From positions 1-36,839 of the IMG/VR virus record IMGVR_UViG_3300020161_002221: 36,839 nt of DNA. One strand, given 5' to 3'. Source of the DNA: a virus. Lineage: Duplodnaviria; Caudoviricetes. Below, one piece after another: positions 23,729 through 34,900 of the stretch. Each line of letters opens with the position of its first letter. The stretch's first letter is position 1. Below the pieces are notes generated by a model. That model saw nothing but the letters and a program-made list of their open reading frames with translations. It made no database searches and was not told the origin of the DNA. The translations under genes were made by a program, and so were the position numbers.

Positions 23729-24145
23729 ATGGTGAAGGCAATCTTCGATGTGGAGCTAGTTCTCCGCGCTTCTGAGACGCTGACGGCTACGGACTCGTCC
23801 GACGCCAAGGCGCATCCGCTGACCCCGGTGTATTACGCCAACGACGCGCACTATGATACGATCGCCGTTGCGGTTCGTGTCTCGGCGTTCACGGCTGGTG
23901 GTTCCACGATGAACTACTCGGTTCAGGTGGACTCGGCTTCCAACTTCGGCTCCCCGGTGACGGTGGCTCAGCTTGCCATCACCGGTGTTGGCGAGTGGAT
24001 TCTGCCGATCGATCTGACCACGGTGAAGTCGCTGGAACCCTCTGCGGCGTTCATCCGTGATACGATGACGATTACCGGTGGCTCGACCCCCTCGGTCACT
24101 CTCTCGTCTCGCATCGTTCGCCCGAACAACGCGGCGATGTCGTAA
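23729..24145 (+). CDS. Putative capsid decoration/cement protein
   Basis: Beta-rich 138-aa ORF immediately after the capsid gene, with an AAGGAG RBS. Confidence 0.6.
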   Translation: MVKAIFDVELVLRASETLTATDSSDAKAHPLTPVYYANDAHYDTIAVAVRVSAFTAGGSTMNYSVQVDSASNFGSPVTVAQLAITGVGEWILPIDLTTVKSLEPSAAFIRDTMTITGGSTPSVTLSSRIVRPNNAAMS

Positions 24146-24183
24146 TCTGGCAGATTAACCAGCGAGTCTTCGCATGGTTAAAT

Positions 24184-24219
24184 GGGGGCCGGGGGCAATA
24201 GCTCCCGGCCCTCAACTTT
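24184..24219 (+). terminator. Hairpin after the capsid genes, weak U-tail
   Basis: GGGGGCCGGGGGC-AATA-GCTCCCGGCCCTC followed by AACTTT. Confidence 0.6.
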
Positions 24220-24232
24220 AAAGGAACATATT

Positions 24233-24505
24233 ATGCCTGTGATGATTCACCCTCAGCGCGGGAAGATGGTTTTCCACGCCATCGACGTTCAAGACGCTAA
24301 GGCAGACGGCTGGGTGTTGGAAGGTCAGTCTGCCCCTGTGGAAGCCGCTCCTGTGGAAGCCGCTCCCGCCGCTCCTGTTGCCCCCGTGGGTGCTTCGGTG
24401 GCCGGTGTTGCCCCTAAGGCCGTTCCCAAGGCCGCCGCTAAGCCAGCCCCGGCTCCTGCCCCGGCTCCTGCCCCGGCTCTTGCTGAGACACCCAAGGCGG
24501 AATAA
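24233..24505 (+). CDS. Ala/Pro-rich hypothetical protein
   Basis: ATG at 24233 behind AAGGA, with PVEAA and PAPA repeats. Confidence 0.7.
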   Translation: MPVMIHPQRGKMVFHAIDVQDAKADGWVLEGQSAPVEAAPVEAAPAAPVAPVGASVAGVAPKAVPKAAAKPAPAPAPAPAPALAETPKAE

Positions 24506-24525
24506 CATTATTCAGGGAGGGTAAC

Positions 24526-25425
24526 ATGAGACTCCAACCGTTGGTCAATAGCTATGTTACCCTCTCTGAGGCCAATCGTTATTTTACCACTCGTCCTTAT
24601 GCCTCTGATTGGGGGGACACTTCTGCCGCTGGTGTAACTTTGGTCTTCAGCGGCGTTCCTTCTTCTGGGAACACGGTGGTAGTTAATGGCACTACTATTA
24701 CATTCGTTAACGGAACTCCCGCTGCGAATCAATCAGCCATCGTCGCTGGCAATCTCAGAGCCACCCTTGATAATTTGGTCGCGGTGCTTCCCTCCACAGT
24801 GGAAGGCGAGCAGACGACGCTAGGCACCGTTCGGTTTTCATTTTGGTTAGCCGGGGTGTACGGAAATGGTACTCCTATTTCTTGGAATGCCACCGGGATC
24901 ACGATCAAGGCGGGCTCTGCCAATCCAGCTAACAGTGGTAGCGCTGTCATGAGCGGAGGGGTCAGCAGCAAAACTGACCTCCAGAAGTCAGCCGCGTTGA
25001 TTTTCGCGTCCAGACACATCGAATACGGATACACTTTTAAAGGTATTCTAGCTGATGATAAGCAGGTCATGTCGTGGCCCCGTCAGGAAATTTACGATAA
25101 GAACGGCAGAAAGATTCCGTCTAACGTCATCCCGATGGCGATCAAAGACGCCCAATGTGAATTGTCCGCTCAGTGGATTATATCCGATCAGTTGATGCCC
25201 GCTGCCAGCTTCATGACTAGAAATGATGCAGATTTTGGAAAAGGCGGGGTGAAGCGAATCAAGCTCGGTACTATGGAGAAAGAGTACAGAGATACTGGGA
25301 GTTATTTGTTTGCTTTAGCCAACGGCGAGGCTCCGTCCACCAAGATATACCCGTTCGTAGACATGATGCTTACCGAATATTCCCTCAAGTCCCCCGCTGG
25401 TACTAGTGGGAGGATTTCGATTTGA
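24526..25425 (+). CDS. Head-tail adaptor (DnaT-like family) with an inserted beta domain
   Basis: NSYVTLSEA..YF...W, then an insertion, then AALI.AS..I...FKG....Q.MSWPR...IP..IKDAQCEL. Confidence 0.75.
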   Translation: MRLQPLVNSYVTLSEANRYFTTRPYASDWGDTSAAGVTLVFSGVPSSGNTVVVNGTTITFVNGTPAANQSAIVAGNLRATLDNLVAVLPSTVEGEQTTLGTVRFSFWLAGVYGNGTPISWNATGITIKAGSANPANSGSAVMSGGVSSKTDLQKSAALIFASRHIEYGYTFKGILADDKQVMSWPRQEIYDKNGRKIPSNVIPMAIKDAQCELSAQWIISDQLMPAASFMTRNDADFGKGGVKRIKLGTMEKEYRDTGSYLFALANGEAPSTKIYPFVDMMLTEYSLKSPAGTSGRISI

Positions 25426-25796
25426 GCGTTCGCAACGAATTTGCCGATGCCGCGTCCGAGATCTTCGATTCGTTCGGAGATCTAATCAAGATGGACGCTG
25501 TCAGAAAAAAGGGCGTAGCCGCATTTGATCGAGATAAGGGTACTACCGTCCGCAAAGATGACCAAGTTATGGACGCCCGGTATGTCCCAGACAAGCCCTC
25601 TAAGACTTTCATCTCTAAGAATAGCGCCGCGATTGGGCAATACGGTTGTTATTTAGTGTTGGGGTTTGGCCTTGATTATCCCCCCGTCGCGGGCGATCAA
25701 TTCACAACTTCGGATGAAATAACCAGACCAATTTACGAAGTAGAAACAGACGACGCTGACGCCGGTATTTTCTTTCGGTTATATATTAAGCTATGA
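25422..25796 (+). CDS. Putative head-closure protein
   Basis: Size and position in the neck module, with overlapping stop/start. Confidence 0.55.
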   Translation: MSVRNEFADAASEIFDSFGDLIKMDAVRKKGVAAFDRDKGTTVRKDDQVMDARYVPDKPSKTFISKNSAAIGQYGCYLVLGFGLDYPPVAGDQFTTSDEITRPIYEVETDDADAGIFFRLYIKL

Positions 25797-26203
25797 GCAG
25801 GGTGAAAACCAATATAACCTTCGCGGGGCAGAAGTTAGGCAGCACTGACGCCTTAGCCACAGCTATTAAGAATAGAATTCAAGAAGCAGCGCGTGCCGCT
25901 CAGGTCGCAGCGGCGGAGAGAATTGCTCACGAGATTTGGGAAAATACCCCGGTAGTCACAGGCAACACAAAATCAAACTGGAGCGTAGTATCAGCTGGAG
26001 TAGCCCCGGCGTGGGACAGTGAGGCAGTAGGGCATCAGCCCTTTAAAATGAGCATATCAGCTACTTCTGGACCATTGAGGATAGTGAATCCGGCCCCAGC
26101 TGCATATTTTATAGAGGTGAGATCTGGATTCGTTCGCACGGCCATGATGGATTACAAAGGGCTGGTGAATGACGCCGTTAGGGATCTAAAAGGCAAAAAA
26201 TGA
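25793..26203 (+). CDS. HK97 gp10-like tail-completion/neck protein
   Basis: TPVVTGNTKSNW motif. Confidence 0.7.
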   Translation: MSRVKTNITFAGQKLGSTDALATAIKNRIQEAARAAQVAAAERIAHEIWENTPVVTGNTKSNWSVVSAGVAPAWDSEAVGHQPFKMSISATSGPLRIVNPAPAAYFIEVRSGFVRTAMMDYKGLVNDAVRDLKGKK

Positions 26204-26625
26204 GCAGGGCATATGGTCAAATTCTGAGAGCTTTGAACGACAGGTTATTGACCTTCGATAGTGGATCGTATGTATCTCTAACTGAGTTTGAAAATTCCGA
26301 TTTTGTTAAGCCCGATTCCGGGATGTGGCTACGCCAGAGAATATTTTGGAGAAAACCTAGAATACTAGGGTCTTTTTATGGTAATTATCGAGAGCAGGGC
26401 ATTTATCAGATAGAAATCATGCAATTGGCTGGGGACGGCTCAGTAGAGTCTGCCGATGTTTCTGGTGAACTGGTGCAATGGTATGGTAGGGGTTCCACCT
26501 TGACCACTAGTAATATACCAGTTAAAATCGAACAGTCATATAGAATGACTTCGGTGAGAGACGGTAGCTGGCTGAGCACCCCAATCGCCGTTGAATTTTG
26601 GGCTTATACCTCTATAGGGAGCTAG
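26200..26625 (+). CDS. Tail terminator protein
   Basis: EN..F.KP...WLR...GIYQI....G.G pattern, preceding the tail tube gene. Confidence 0.7.
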   Translation: MSRAYGQILRALNDRLLTFDSGSYVSLTEFENSDFVKPDSGMWLRQRIFWRKPRILGSFYGNYREQGIYQIEIMQLAGDGSVESADVSGELVQWYGRGSTLTTSNIPVKIEQSYRMTSVRDGSWLSTPIAVEFWAYTSIGS

Positions 26626-26627
26626 CT

Positions 26628-28223
26628 ATGGCCGAGACGCTTAAGCCCGCGACTTCTAGCCGTCGCCGGATCTCGCAGATTGTTGAAGTCAATCTCGGGG
26701 TAACCCCCGCGACTGGCACTTGGCGCTCTCTACCATTTATGGAAGGTGCGGCTCTCAACCAGACCCAGACGTTCAATCGTTCTGGTGAAATTAAGTCGAA
26801 CCGCCAGGGCGGTCGTCAGGTCGGCGGTAACATTCAGGTGGGCGGCACTCTGCCTGTTCCTCTGAAGTACGACGACGCTATTCTTGAGCTTCTGGAGAGC
26901 GCGCTCTCCGGGGCCTTCACGATTCCCGCTGCTTCTGGCGCGGGTGGCAACACCAGTGGTTTCGCCTTCAACCACGTTGGTGTTCAGGCCAGCGGCACCA
27001 TCACTCTCGGAAGCAACCCCGCCAACAACGATACGGTTGTTGTAAACGGAGTGACGTTCACCTTCAAAACGATTCCCGTCAATGCCACGGACGTCGAAAT
27101 CGGACTGAACGCCGCCGCCTCTGCTACTAATCTAAGAGTGGATCTGGCTGCCAGCACCAACGATCTGGTCACGGTAGCTACCTACTCTGTCAGCAGCAAC
27201 GCGGTTACTGTCAATTTCAAGGACGTCGGTACTGGGGGCAACAACTTCACGCTGGCTAAGACCGGTTCCGCCGTTACTGTCTCGGGCGCTACGCTGTCCG
27301 GTGGTACCGCTGGTTCTGACCAGATCACCCGTTCTTCCGGCAGCTTCCTCCTGGACGGTTGGCAAGCTGGCAATGCGGTTGTGGTCACGGACGCCACCAC
27401 TGGCGGCAACAACATCGCTCTCTCCGATGGTATTACCGTTGCGGCAGTGACTGCTACCGCCCTGACCTTCAGCGCCAACGCTCGCATTACCACCGACGAG
27501 ACGTTCGGTTCGGCCACGGTGCTGACCACTAACGCTCGCTTCATTCGGTCCAGCACGGCTCGCAAGACCTTCACTCACGAAGTGTCTTACACCGACATGG
27601 ACCCGGTGGTGCACGAATACTTCCGTGGCAACGAAGTCAACACTCTGGCGATTAATATTCCGACCTCGGGTGAGGTAACTGGCGAGTTTGCCATGATTGG
27701 CCTCGTCGGTAAGATCACCGAAGTTGAGTACGATCGTTCGAACAATATGGGTACCGGCTCGAAGACTGCGGGCACGGGCACTCGTGTTGAACCTGCTAAC
27801 ACGGTCGCGTTCGCTGGCTCGGTTGAGGGCACCGCCCTTGAGCGTGGTGGTTCTTCGGCTCCTGACGTTGAGTCGCTGACCATCAATATTAACAACAATC
27901 GCGCCGCCAAGTTCGCAGTTGGTCAGTCCGCTGCTCCGTTCGTTGAGGAAGGCGACTTCGACGTCGAAATGACGTTCGCCCTTTACTTCACGGACATGGA
28001 CGTGAAGAGGCAGTACCTAGACGGTACCCGCACCTCGCTGAAGGTCGTAATGCGCGATCAGCAGGACGGTCACCGCATGGTTCTGGTCTTCCCGAACATC
28101 GTGTTCACCGCTGGCGATACCGGTCTTTCCGGTCAGACCGTGGTTCTGAACATGACGGCATTCGCGGAAGAAGATCCCAGCTACGGGTCCAAGGCTCTCC
28201 TGTGGATTCAGCCCGCAGTATAA
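26628..28223 (+). CDS. Major tail tube protein with a large central insertion
   Basis: E...GVTP...W..L, S.EI..R, LLESAL.G and SLTININNN...VG...GDFDV..T..LYF. ATG at 26628 behind GGGAG. Confidence 0.8.
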   Translation: MAETLKPATSSRRRISQIVEVNLGVTPATGTWRSLPFMEGAALNQTQTFNRSGEIKSNRQGGRQVGGNIQVGGTLPVPLKYDDAILELLESALSGAFTIPAASGAGGNTSGFAFNHVGVQASGTITLGSNPANNDTVVVNGVTFTFKTIPVNATDVEIGLNAAASATNLRVDLAASTNDLVTVATYSVSSNAVTVNFKDVGTGGNNFTLAKTGSAVTVSGATLSGGTAGSDQITRSSGSFLLDGWQAGNAVVVTDATTGGNNIALSDGITVAAVTATALTFSANARITTDETFGSATVLTTNARFIRSSTARKTFTHEVSYTDMDPVVHEYFRGNEVNTLAINIPTSGEVTGEFAMIGLVGKITEVEYDRSNNMGTGSKTAGTGTRVEPANTVAFAGSVEGTALERGGSSAPDVESLTININNNRAAKFAVGQSAAPFVEEGDFDVEMTFALYFTDMDVKRQYLDGTRTSLKVVMRDQQDGHRMVLVFPNIVFTAGDTGLSGQTVVLNMTAFAEEDPSYGSKALLWIQPAV

Positions 28224-28231
28224 GGTGATTA

Positions 28232-28609
28232 ATGCCCGCTGGCCGTTTCGACTTCATTTGTGAGAAGGGAGCTACTTTCTCCTATTCGCTCACTTGGAAA
28301 GACGAGGGCGGCTCAGCGGTCAATCTCGCTGGATACTCGGCTAGGATGCACGTTAGGACATCCTACGAAGACCCCGAAGCGGCGGTGATCTTGACCACTG
28401 ATAACAGTGGAATCTCGATCACCGCCAATACTGGTAGATTGGCTCTGTCGCTAAGTCCTTCTGTGACAGAGAGCATTCCCAGCTTCAATCCTTCCGGAAC
28501 CCCTCCTACTTCCAATTACGTCTACGATCTAGAGCTTGTGGCCCCTAATGGGACAATCACTAGGCTTTTGCAAGGCAGATTCAGAGTAGTGGAAGAGGTG
28601 ACTAGATGA
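28232..28609 (+). CDS. Virion structural beta-sandwich protein (fibre/baseplate-associated)
   Basis: GATF...W.D..G..VNL.GYSARM.VR...YVYDLEL....TRLLQG.F.V..EVTR, a pattern common in phage tail modules. Confidence 0.7.
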   Translation: MPAGRFDFICEKGATFSYSLTWKDEGGSAVNLAGYSARMHVRTSYEDPEAAVILTTDNSGISITANTGRLALSLSPSVTESIPSFNPSGTPPTSNYVYDLELVAPNGTITRLLQGRFRVVEEVTR

Positions 28610-28791
28610 GCGTCACCGTTGAGCAAGACGTAACAACCGTAGTAGTTACTCGCGGAGCGAGTGAGCCCACCACGGTTAACGTCACTAAAGATAATGTTAC
28701 GGTAATGACAATTGGCACCCAGGGTCCCGCTGGACCTGTCGGTGCCCCTGGAACGTCAGTCGATTTGGCTTTAATTCTGGCATTAACGTGA
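28606..28791 (+). CDS. Small structural protein with a short collagen-like GxY stretch
   Basis: GTQGPAGPVGAPG. Confidence 0.65.
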   Translation: MSVTVEQDVTTVVVTRGASEPTTVNVTKDNVTVMTIGTQGPAGPVGAPGTSVDLALILALT

Positions 28792-28798
28792 GGAAAAT

Positions 28799-29137
28799 GT
28801 GGCCAATTCGTTCAAGACTGTCGTAAAGATCGTCCCCGACGAGATCGGCCTTCCTCTATATACCTGCCCTAATAATAAATTCGCGGTAGTAATATTGGCT
28901 CAAGTCGCCAATGTTGTATCCTCCACCATCAATACCACATTTTATCATTCGCGTCTGAATGACGTCCAAGAGCGCGAGTATTTTGAATTACTTATGAATT
29001 CTCCGATCCCCACCAGGGACGCTCGTTCCATGTTATCGGGAAGACTTGTTCTTCAGCCGGGAGATCAGATCCATTGCGTAGCTTCAGCCCCCAATTCTCT
29101 TAAAATAACCGTCTCCCTGCTAGAGTCTGATCCATGA
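28799..29137 (+). CDS. Putative virion structural protein
   Basis: MANSFK...LYTCP...AQVANV...LVLQPGD. GTG start behind GAGGA. Confidence 0.65.
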   Translation: MANSFKTVVKIVPDEIGLPLYTCPNNKFAVVILAQVANVVSSTINTTFYHSRLNDVQEREYFELLMNSPIPTRDARSMLSGRLVLQPGDQIHCVASAPNSLKITVSLLESDP

Positions 29138-29439
29138 CTCAGTTATTAAGCGGGAGAGTAGCTACAAGATCCCCAGGACAGGCTTCATCTGACAGATGGT
29201 CGTTCCTGTCCTTACAGGACGCTGAGCCGAATCTAGGTATTCCCGCTTTAACCAATTCGTTCCTAGTATCAGATGATACTGGAGTCAGATCGTGGATTGA
29301 AGCTAGATTATCGACCTTAAAGGATATCTCGATCACGAATCCGGGTCATGGTAATCTGCTTATTTATAATTCAGCGACCTCAAAGTTCGAAAATGGCAAT
29401 TCGCTGAGTAACATTTACTTCGACGGCGGCAATTTCTAA
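29134..29439 (+). CDS. Putative virion structural protein
   Basis: LLSGRV...DR..FL.L..AEPNLG.P, ending in DGGNF. Confidence 0.65.
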   Translation: MTQLLSGRVATRSPGQASSDRWSFLSLQDAEPNLGIPALTNSFLVSDDTGVRSWIEARLSTLKDISITNPGHGNLLIYNSATSKFENGNSLSNIYFDGGNF

Positions 29440-29451
29440 TAGGAGAGCCCG

Positions 29452-31893
29452 ATGCCCAATACACTTAGAATTAAGCGCCGTGCCGTTGGCGGCGGTGTAG
29501 GCGCTCCTTCCGGTCTGAAGAACGGCGAATTAGCCTTCAACGAAGACGATTTCAGGCTGTATTATGGCTTCGGCGTAGGGTCCGGTGATAACGCCGCTTC
29601 GGTAATCACCATCGGTGGCTCGGGCGCGTTTGTTTCCACCACCGGCGCTCAAACCATTGACGGCGTTAAGACGTTCTCGTCCCTCATCGGTGGTAGCATC
29701 AACGGCAATGCCGCGACTGCCACTGCTCTTCAGAATGCCCGAAACATCGTTCTGTCCAGTGATGTAGGTGGCACTGTTTCATTTGATGGTTCCGCCAACG
29801 TCACTCTAACTGCTACTGTTGCCAACGATAGCATCACCAATGCTAAGTTGGCTAACATGGCGGTAAACACGATCAAGGGTCGGGTCACTACTGGTACGGG
29901 TGATCCCGAAGATCTGACCGCTGCTCAAGTCCGTACTATCCTGAACGTTGCGGACGGCGCGCAGCCTAACCAAAATACCTTTGCTAATTTTATCCTTAGC
30001 AACGGAACTATTGTAGCCACCACCTTAGTTGCCGATACCGCGACAGACACTCTGACCTTCATCGCTGGTGCTGGTCTTGACGTATCCGGCGTTGCCGGTA
30101 CCGACACCATGACTCTCGGTATGGCGATGTATGGCACCGCAAGGAGCGCCAACTACACCGCCGTACTCGCAGATTTAGCTACCTCCATTCGGTTCACCGG
30201 AGCTTCGGCGCTCACTCTCACCCTGACCGCTACCTCCATTCTTGGCGACAAGTGGTTCTGTTATGTCCGGAACGATACGAGCCAGCCTTTAACCATCGAC
30301 CCCAATCTGTCGGAGTTGGTAGATGGTGCCGCCACCCTCGTTATTCCTCCCAAGACAGGTATTATTTTAAATTGCACGGGGACCGACTTTTACACTATCG
30401 GTAATGCATTGACGGGTACCAGCGGCGCTGGCATGATTACTCGCAGTGCCACTGGGGAATTTACCCCTCGCACCATCACAGGCACGGCTGGTAGAATCGG
30501 CGTCACCAATGGTGACGGCGCGTCTGGCAACCCCACCCTCGATCTAGCTACTTCCGGTATCAGCGCTGGTACTTATACCAAGCTTGTAGTTGACGTGTAT
30601 GGTAGATCAACTGCCAGCGGTGGTGCTTTACTTGCAGCCGATATTCCTACTCTAACGGCAGCGAAGATTTCGGATTTCGATACCCAAGTCCGTACGAGCC
30701 GCCTCGATCAGATGGCGGCTCCCACCGCGTCCGTTTCTCTGAACAGTCAGAGAATTACTGGACTGGCCGAGCCGGTTAACTCCACTGACGCCGCCACCAA
30801 GAATTACGTCGATAGCACCGCTCAGGGCCTCGATGTCAAGCAGTCGGTTCGCATGGCCACCACTGCCAATATTGTTGGCACTTATAGCTCGGGTGCGTTG
30901 ACCTTAACCGTGACCGCCACTGGAGTGTTTGCGGTCGATGGGGTTAATACGGTTCTCAATGATAGAATTCTGGTTAAAGATCAAACAACGGCCACTCAAA
31001 ATGGTATTTATGTCGTAACCACTGCGGGCGCGACAGGTGTATCGGCGGTTCTAACTCGCGCCACTGACGCCAATACCTCAGCCGAACTGTCTCCTGGCAT
31101 GTTCTGCTTTGTCGAGGAAGGCGCTACTAACCTAGATCAAGGTTATGTACTGACCACCAATGGTCCCGTGACCTTGGACACCACTGCTCTAACCTTCACT
31201 CAGTTCTCAGGGGCCGGTCAGATAGATGCGGGGAACGGTCTAACTAAAACGGGCAACACCCTTAATATCGGTACTGCTGCCGCTACTAGAATCGTAGTCA
31301 ACGCCGACAATATCGATCTTGCGACCATCGGCAATGCTGGCACCTACACCAGAGTAGTAGTAGATGCCTACGGCAGAGTAGCCAGTTTCGTAGCGGCTAC
31401 GCTGCTGGCGGATTATGGTATCACTAATGCCGTCTCCACCGCTCGTTTGATCAACACTCAGAATGGTCTAACTGGTGGCGGTGACTTAGCTGCGGATCGC
31501 ACTCTGGAGCTTACCGGTCAGGCCAGATCGTTCCATGACCTAGCCACCAATGGTATCGCTGCTCGCGTAGCTTCCGGCTCGGTGGTAGCTAGAACAGTAA
31601 CCGGAACCACCAGCCGAATCACCATTACTAACGGTGACGGCGTGGCTGGCAATCCCACGATCGATATTGCTTCTGGGTATGTCGGTCAGAACACGATCAA
31701 TACCCTAGGCACCATCGGTACCGGCACTTGGCAGGGTTCAGTAATTGGGTTGGCTTATGGCGGTACCGGTGCCAACCTCAGTGCCATGGCTGATGGCGCG
31801 ATCTTCAAGAAATCAGGTACCGCTTTTATTGCCGCTACGGTGGGTACCGATTACTTGAGTGACGCCAGCACTATTGACTGCGGCACTTTCTAA
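29452..31893 (+). CDS. Tail fibre-like protein
   Basis: 813 aa, rich in T/A/G/S. N-terminal IKRR...GELAFN, plus DAATKNYVD, DRILVKDQ...NGIY and GTYTK..VD.YGR repeats. Confidence 0.85.
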   Translation: MPNTLRIKRRAVGGGVGAPSGLKNGELAFNEDDFRLYYGFGVGSGDNAASVITIGGSGAFVSTTGAQTIDGVKTFSSLIGGSINGNAATATALQNARNIVLSSDVGGTVSFDGSANVTLTATVANDSITNAKLANMAVNTIKGRVTTGTGDPEDLTAAQVRTILNVADGAQPNQNTFANFILSNGTIVATTLVADTATDTLTFIAGAGLDVSGVAGTDTMTLGMAMYGTARSANYTAVLADLATSIRFTGASALTLTLTATSILGDKWFCYVRNDTSQPLTIDPNLSELVDGAATLVIPPKTGIILNCTGTDFYTIGNALTGTSGAGMITRSATGEFTPRTITGTAGRIGVTNGDGASGNPTLDLATSGISAGTYTKLVVDVYGRSTASGGALLAADIPTLTAAKISDFDTQVRTSRLDQMAAPTASVSLNSQRITGLAEPVNSTDAATKNYVDSTAQGLDVKQSVRMATTANIVGTYSSGALTLTVTATGVFAVDGVNTVLNDRILVKDQTTATQNGIYVVTTAGATGVSAVLTRATDANTSAELSPGMFCFVEEGATNLDQGYVLTTNGPVTLDTTALTFTQFSGAGQIDAGNGLTKTGNTLNIGTAAATRIVVNADNIDLATIGNAGTYTRVVVDAYGRVASFVAATLLADYGITNAVSTARLINTQNGLTGGGDLAADRTLELTGQARSFHDLATNGIAARVASGSVVARTVTGTTSRITITNGDGVAGNPTIDIASGYVGQNTINTLGTIGTGTWQGSVIGLAYGGTGANLSAMADGAIFKKSGTAFIAATVGTDYLSDASTIDCGTF

Positions 31894-31906
31894 GGGTACT
31901 GTGGTA

Positions 31907-31931
31907 GGCGCTCCATATGGAGCGCCTTTTT
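31907..31931 (+). terminator. Intrinsic terminator
   Basis: GGCGCTCC-ATAT-GGAGCGCC followed by TTTTT. Confidence 0.75.
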
Positions 31932-31968
31932 AACCCCAGGCTATATAGCCATCGATAAGGGGGGGCAT

Positions 31969-34900
31969 ATGCCCAATAAGTTGCAGATCAAGCGCAGCGC
32001 TGTCCAAGGCGCTGTACCTACTACAGGCGTTCTTGATCTAGGGGAATTGGCCCTAAATACCAACGATGGCAGGATATTTATGAGGAGGACGGTGGGAATC
32101 GTCTCCTCAATCGTCGCGTTTGACCCATTGACCTCATCTAGTATCGGTACCGCTCTCGGTTATACAGCGTTCTCCACAGCGGGCGGGACGTTAACTGGGG
32201 CTTTGGTATTAAGCGCTGATCCTACAGCGGATCTTGGTGCTGCTACTAAGCAATACGTAGATTCTTTGCCTGTCAGGCGATATGTCAGGGCGACCACCAC
32301 CGCCAATTTGTCGGTGACGGAAACTACTCAGACTCTGACTAACTTGGGTACGTTGGCAGCATTCGCTATTGACGGTATTTCTCTATCCGTCAATGATAGA
32401 GTTCTAATTAAAGATCAAACCACTCCCCGTCAAAATGGCATTTATACCGTCACTAACGTTGGCTCGGGATCTGTCCAGTGGGTGCTAACTAGAGCCGATG
32501 ATAGCAATTCTTGGAATGATCTCGTTGCCGCGCAAGTAGTAGTCAAGCAAGGGACGGTTAATTCCGATACCCTCTGGTTTTCGAGAGCAAATGCTGGTGG
32601 AACACTCGGCAGCAACGACGTCATTTGGCAATTGGTGTCTAATGCTCAAGTCGCTTCTTTTGGCAATTTATCCACGAATGGCATAGCAGTTCGCGCCGCT
32701 ACCGGATCAGTTGTAGCTAGGTCTATTGCTGTATCTGGTACCGGCCTCACCGTTTCCAATGCTGACGGCGTTAGCGGCAATCCGACAGTTACGTCCAACG
32801 CTACTAACGCTAATACTGCGTCTACCCTCGTCGCCCGAGACGCCAATGGAAATTTCACGGCGGGCACGATTACTGCTGCGCTGGTAGGCAACGCTTCTAC
32901 CGCTACCTCCGCCACCTCCGCTACGGTAGCAAGTACCGCCACTGCTCTAGCGGTTAGCCGTGACTTTTCAATCTCTGGTGACGCTACTGCCCCAGCCGTG
33001 GGATTCACGGGAGCGGGTAACGTCGCTCTATCGCTCACATTAGCCACACTCGCCGGGTTGACTGCCGGTACTTACACTAAGTTAACGGTGAACGTTAAAG
33101 GTCAAGTCACGGCGGCTTCGACTTTGGCGTTTGCTGATATTCCCGATCTCGACATGACTAAACTCCCTAGCTCAGCGTTTAAGAAATCAGTTAGAGCAGC
33201 TACCACGGCTAATATTACCTTATCGGGTCTACAAACTATCGATGGCATTATCTTAATTGCGAATGACCGAGTTCTAGTTAAGGATCAATCCACCGCTTCA
33301 GCGAATGGTGTTTATTTAGCAGCGGCTGGCGCTTGGACACGCGCCGCTGACGCCGACAATATTACCGAGATTGCGGGCGGCGTTGTCAACACGGGTTCTG
33401 GCACCGTTAACGGTGGTAGGTTGTTTACTACATTTCTGAAGACTACCGATACATTGAGTACTACCGCCATGACTTGGAATGGCGTTCTTGATTTCTCGGA
33501 CACCGCTTCTGCTAATACAGCTGGTAAGGTAGTAATTCGAGATGCTGGCGGTAGCTTCTCTGCGGGAACTATTACCGCAGCCCTGTTCAACGGTAGTGTC
33601 TCTAGCGCGGTCACGGCTTCCATTCTAGCCGTTTCCAGAAACTTCTCCCTGAGCGGCGATGCCACGTCTAATACTGTAGGATTTAATGGCAGCGGCGACG
33701 TATCTCTCACGGTGGCGTTGGCTACCCAAGCGGGGCTATCCGCTGGTACTTATACGTCCGTTGCAGTAAACACTAAGGGTATCGTAACCTCGGCCTCTAA
33801 TCCCACTACGATCAGTGTGGGCGCTACTGGGTTCTCCTATACTGCCACCACTGCTCTAGGAACCACAGTTGGTAATGAGAACATATTCAATTCGTCTAGA
33901 ATACTCAATTCTAACTCCGACAATCTTATCACCAGAGCTTTCAGAGTAGCAAACGGAACTGATTGGACCACCGCCGCCTGGGAAATAAGAAGGAGAGTTG
34001 ATGTAACCAATGGGGCGTTCATAAGGTTTGGTGGCACTAATAATATCAACAGACTGTCACTTGGAGAAAATGCCACTGAGAGATTGGTGATGTTTGACAC
34101 CACTCTCACCTTTAACAGTAACATTATTTGGCACGCCGGTAATGATGGCGCGACATCCGGTCTTGACGCCGATCTGCTAGACGGACAACAAGGTTCCTGG
34201 TATCAAGACGCCACCAATCTTACTGCTGGGACAATTCCTAGCGCGAGAGTAGCTGGCATCTACGAATCCATCACCGGTATTGGCATCGGAGATACCGTCA
34301 ATCGCGGTCCCATTGTCACGTTCGGAGCCATAACGCCCGGCAGCGCTTATGTACCAGGGACTTACACAGCAGCATCTTTGACTGGCGGGTCTGGGTTGGG
34401 CGCTACAGCTACCATCGTAGTCGATGGATTTGGTAACGTTAGTTCAGTCACACTAGTCGCTGAGGGAAATAGATTTATTCCAGGCGATGTTTTATCAGCC
34501 ACGCTTGCGGGAGGAGGAACCGGATTTTCGATTCCCGTTTCAACAGTGCGTCAAGCCACCATCAATATTCTTGGTACTTCTCCTAGAATCAGGCTCGGGC
34601 ATAATCTCAACGTCGTAGCTGGTAATGAAATAGGATCTATCTTATTTGGAACTAGTGATTCTACTGCTGGCGGGCGTGGTGACAAGGTTCGTTTAGTAGC
34701 CACCGCCGCAGGATCGGCGGCGGGAGGTGAGTTAGAAATTTGGACCTCCGCTAACGGAGGCGAGCCTAAACTAGCTGTTGATATCACTGGGACCAATACT
34801 TTTAGGTTATTCAATTCTGCAAGCACTTTTTATTCGGCAATGTCGGCCCCGGTCACTGCGAACCGCACACTAACCCTCGCAGATGGTAATACTACACTGG

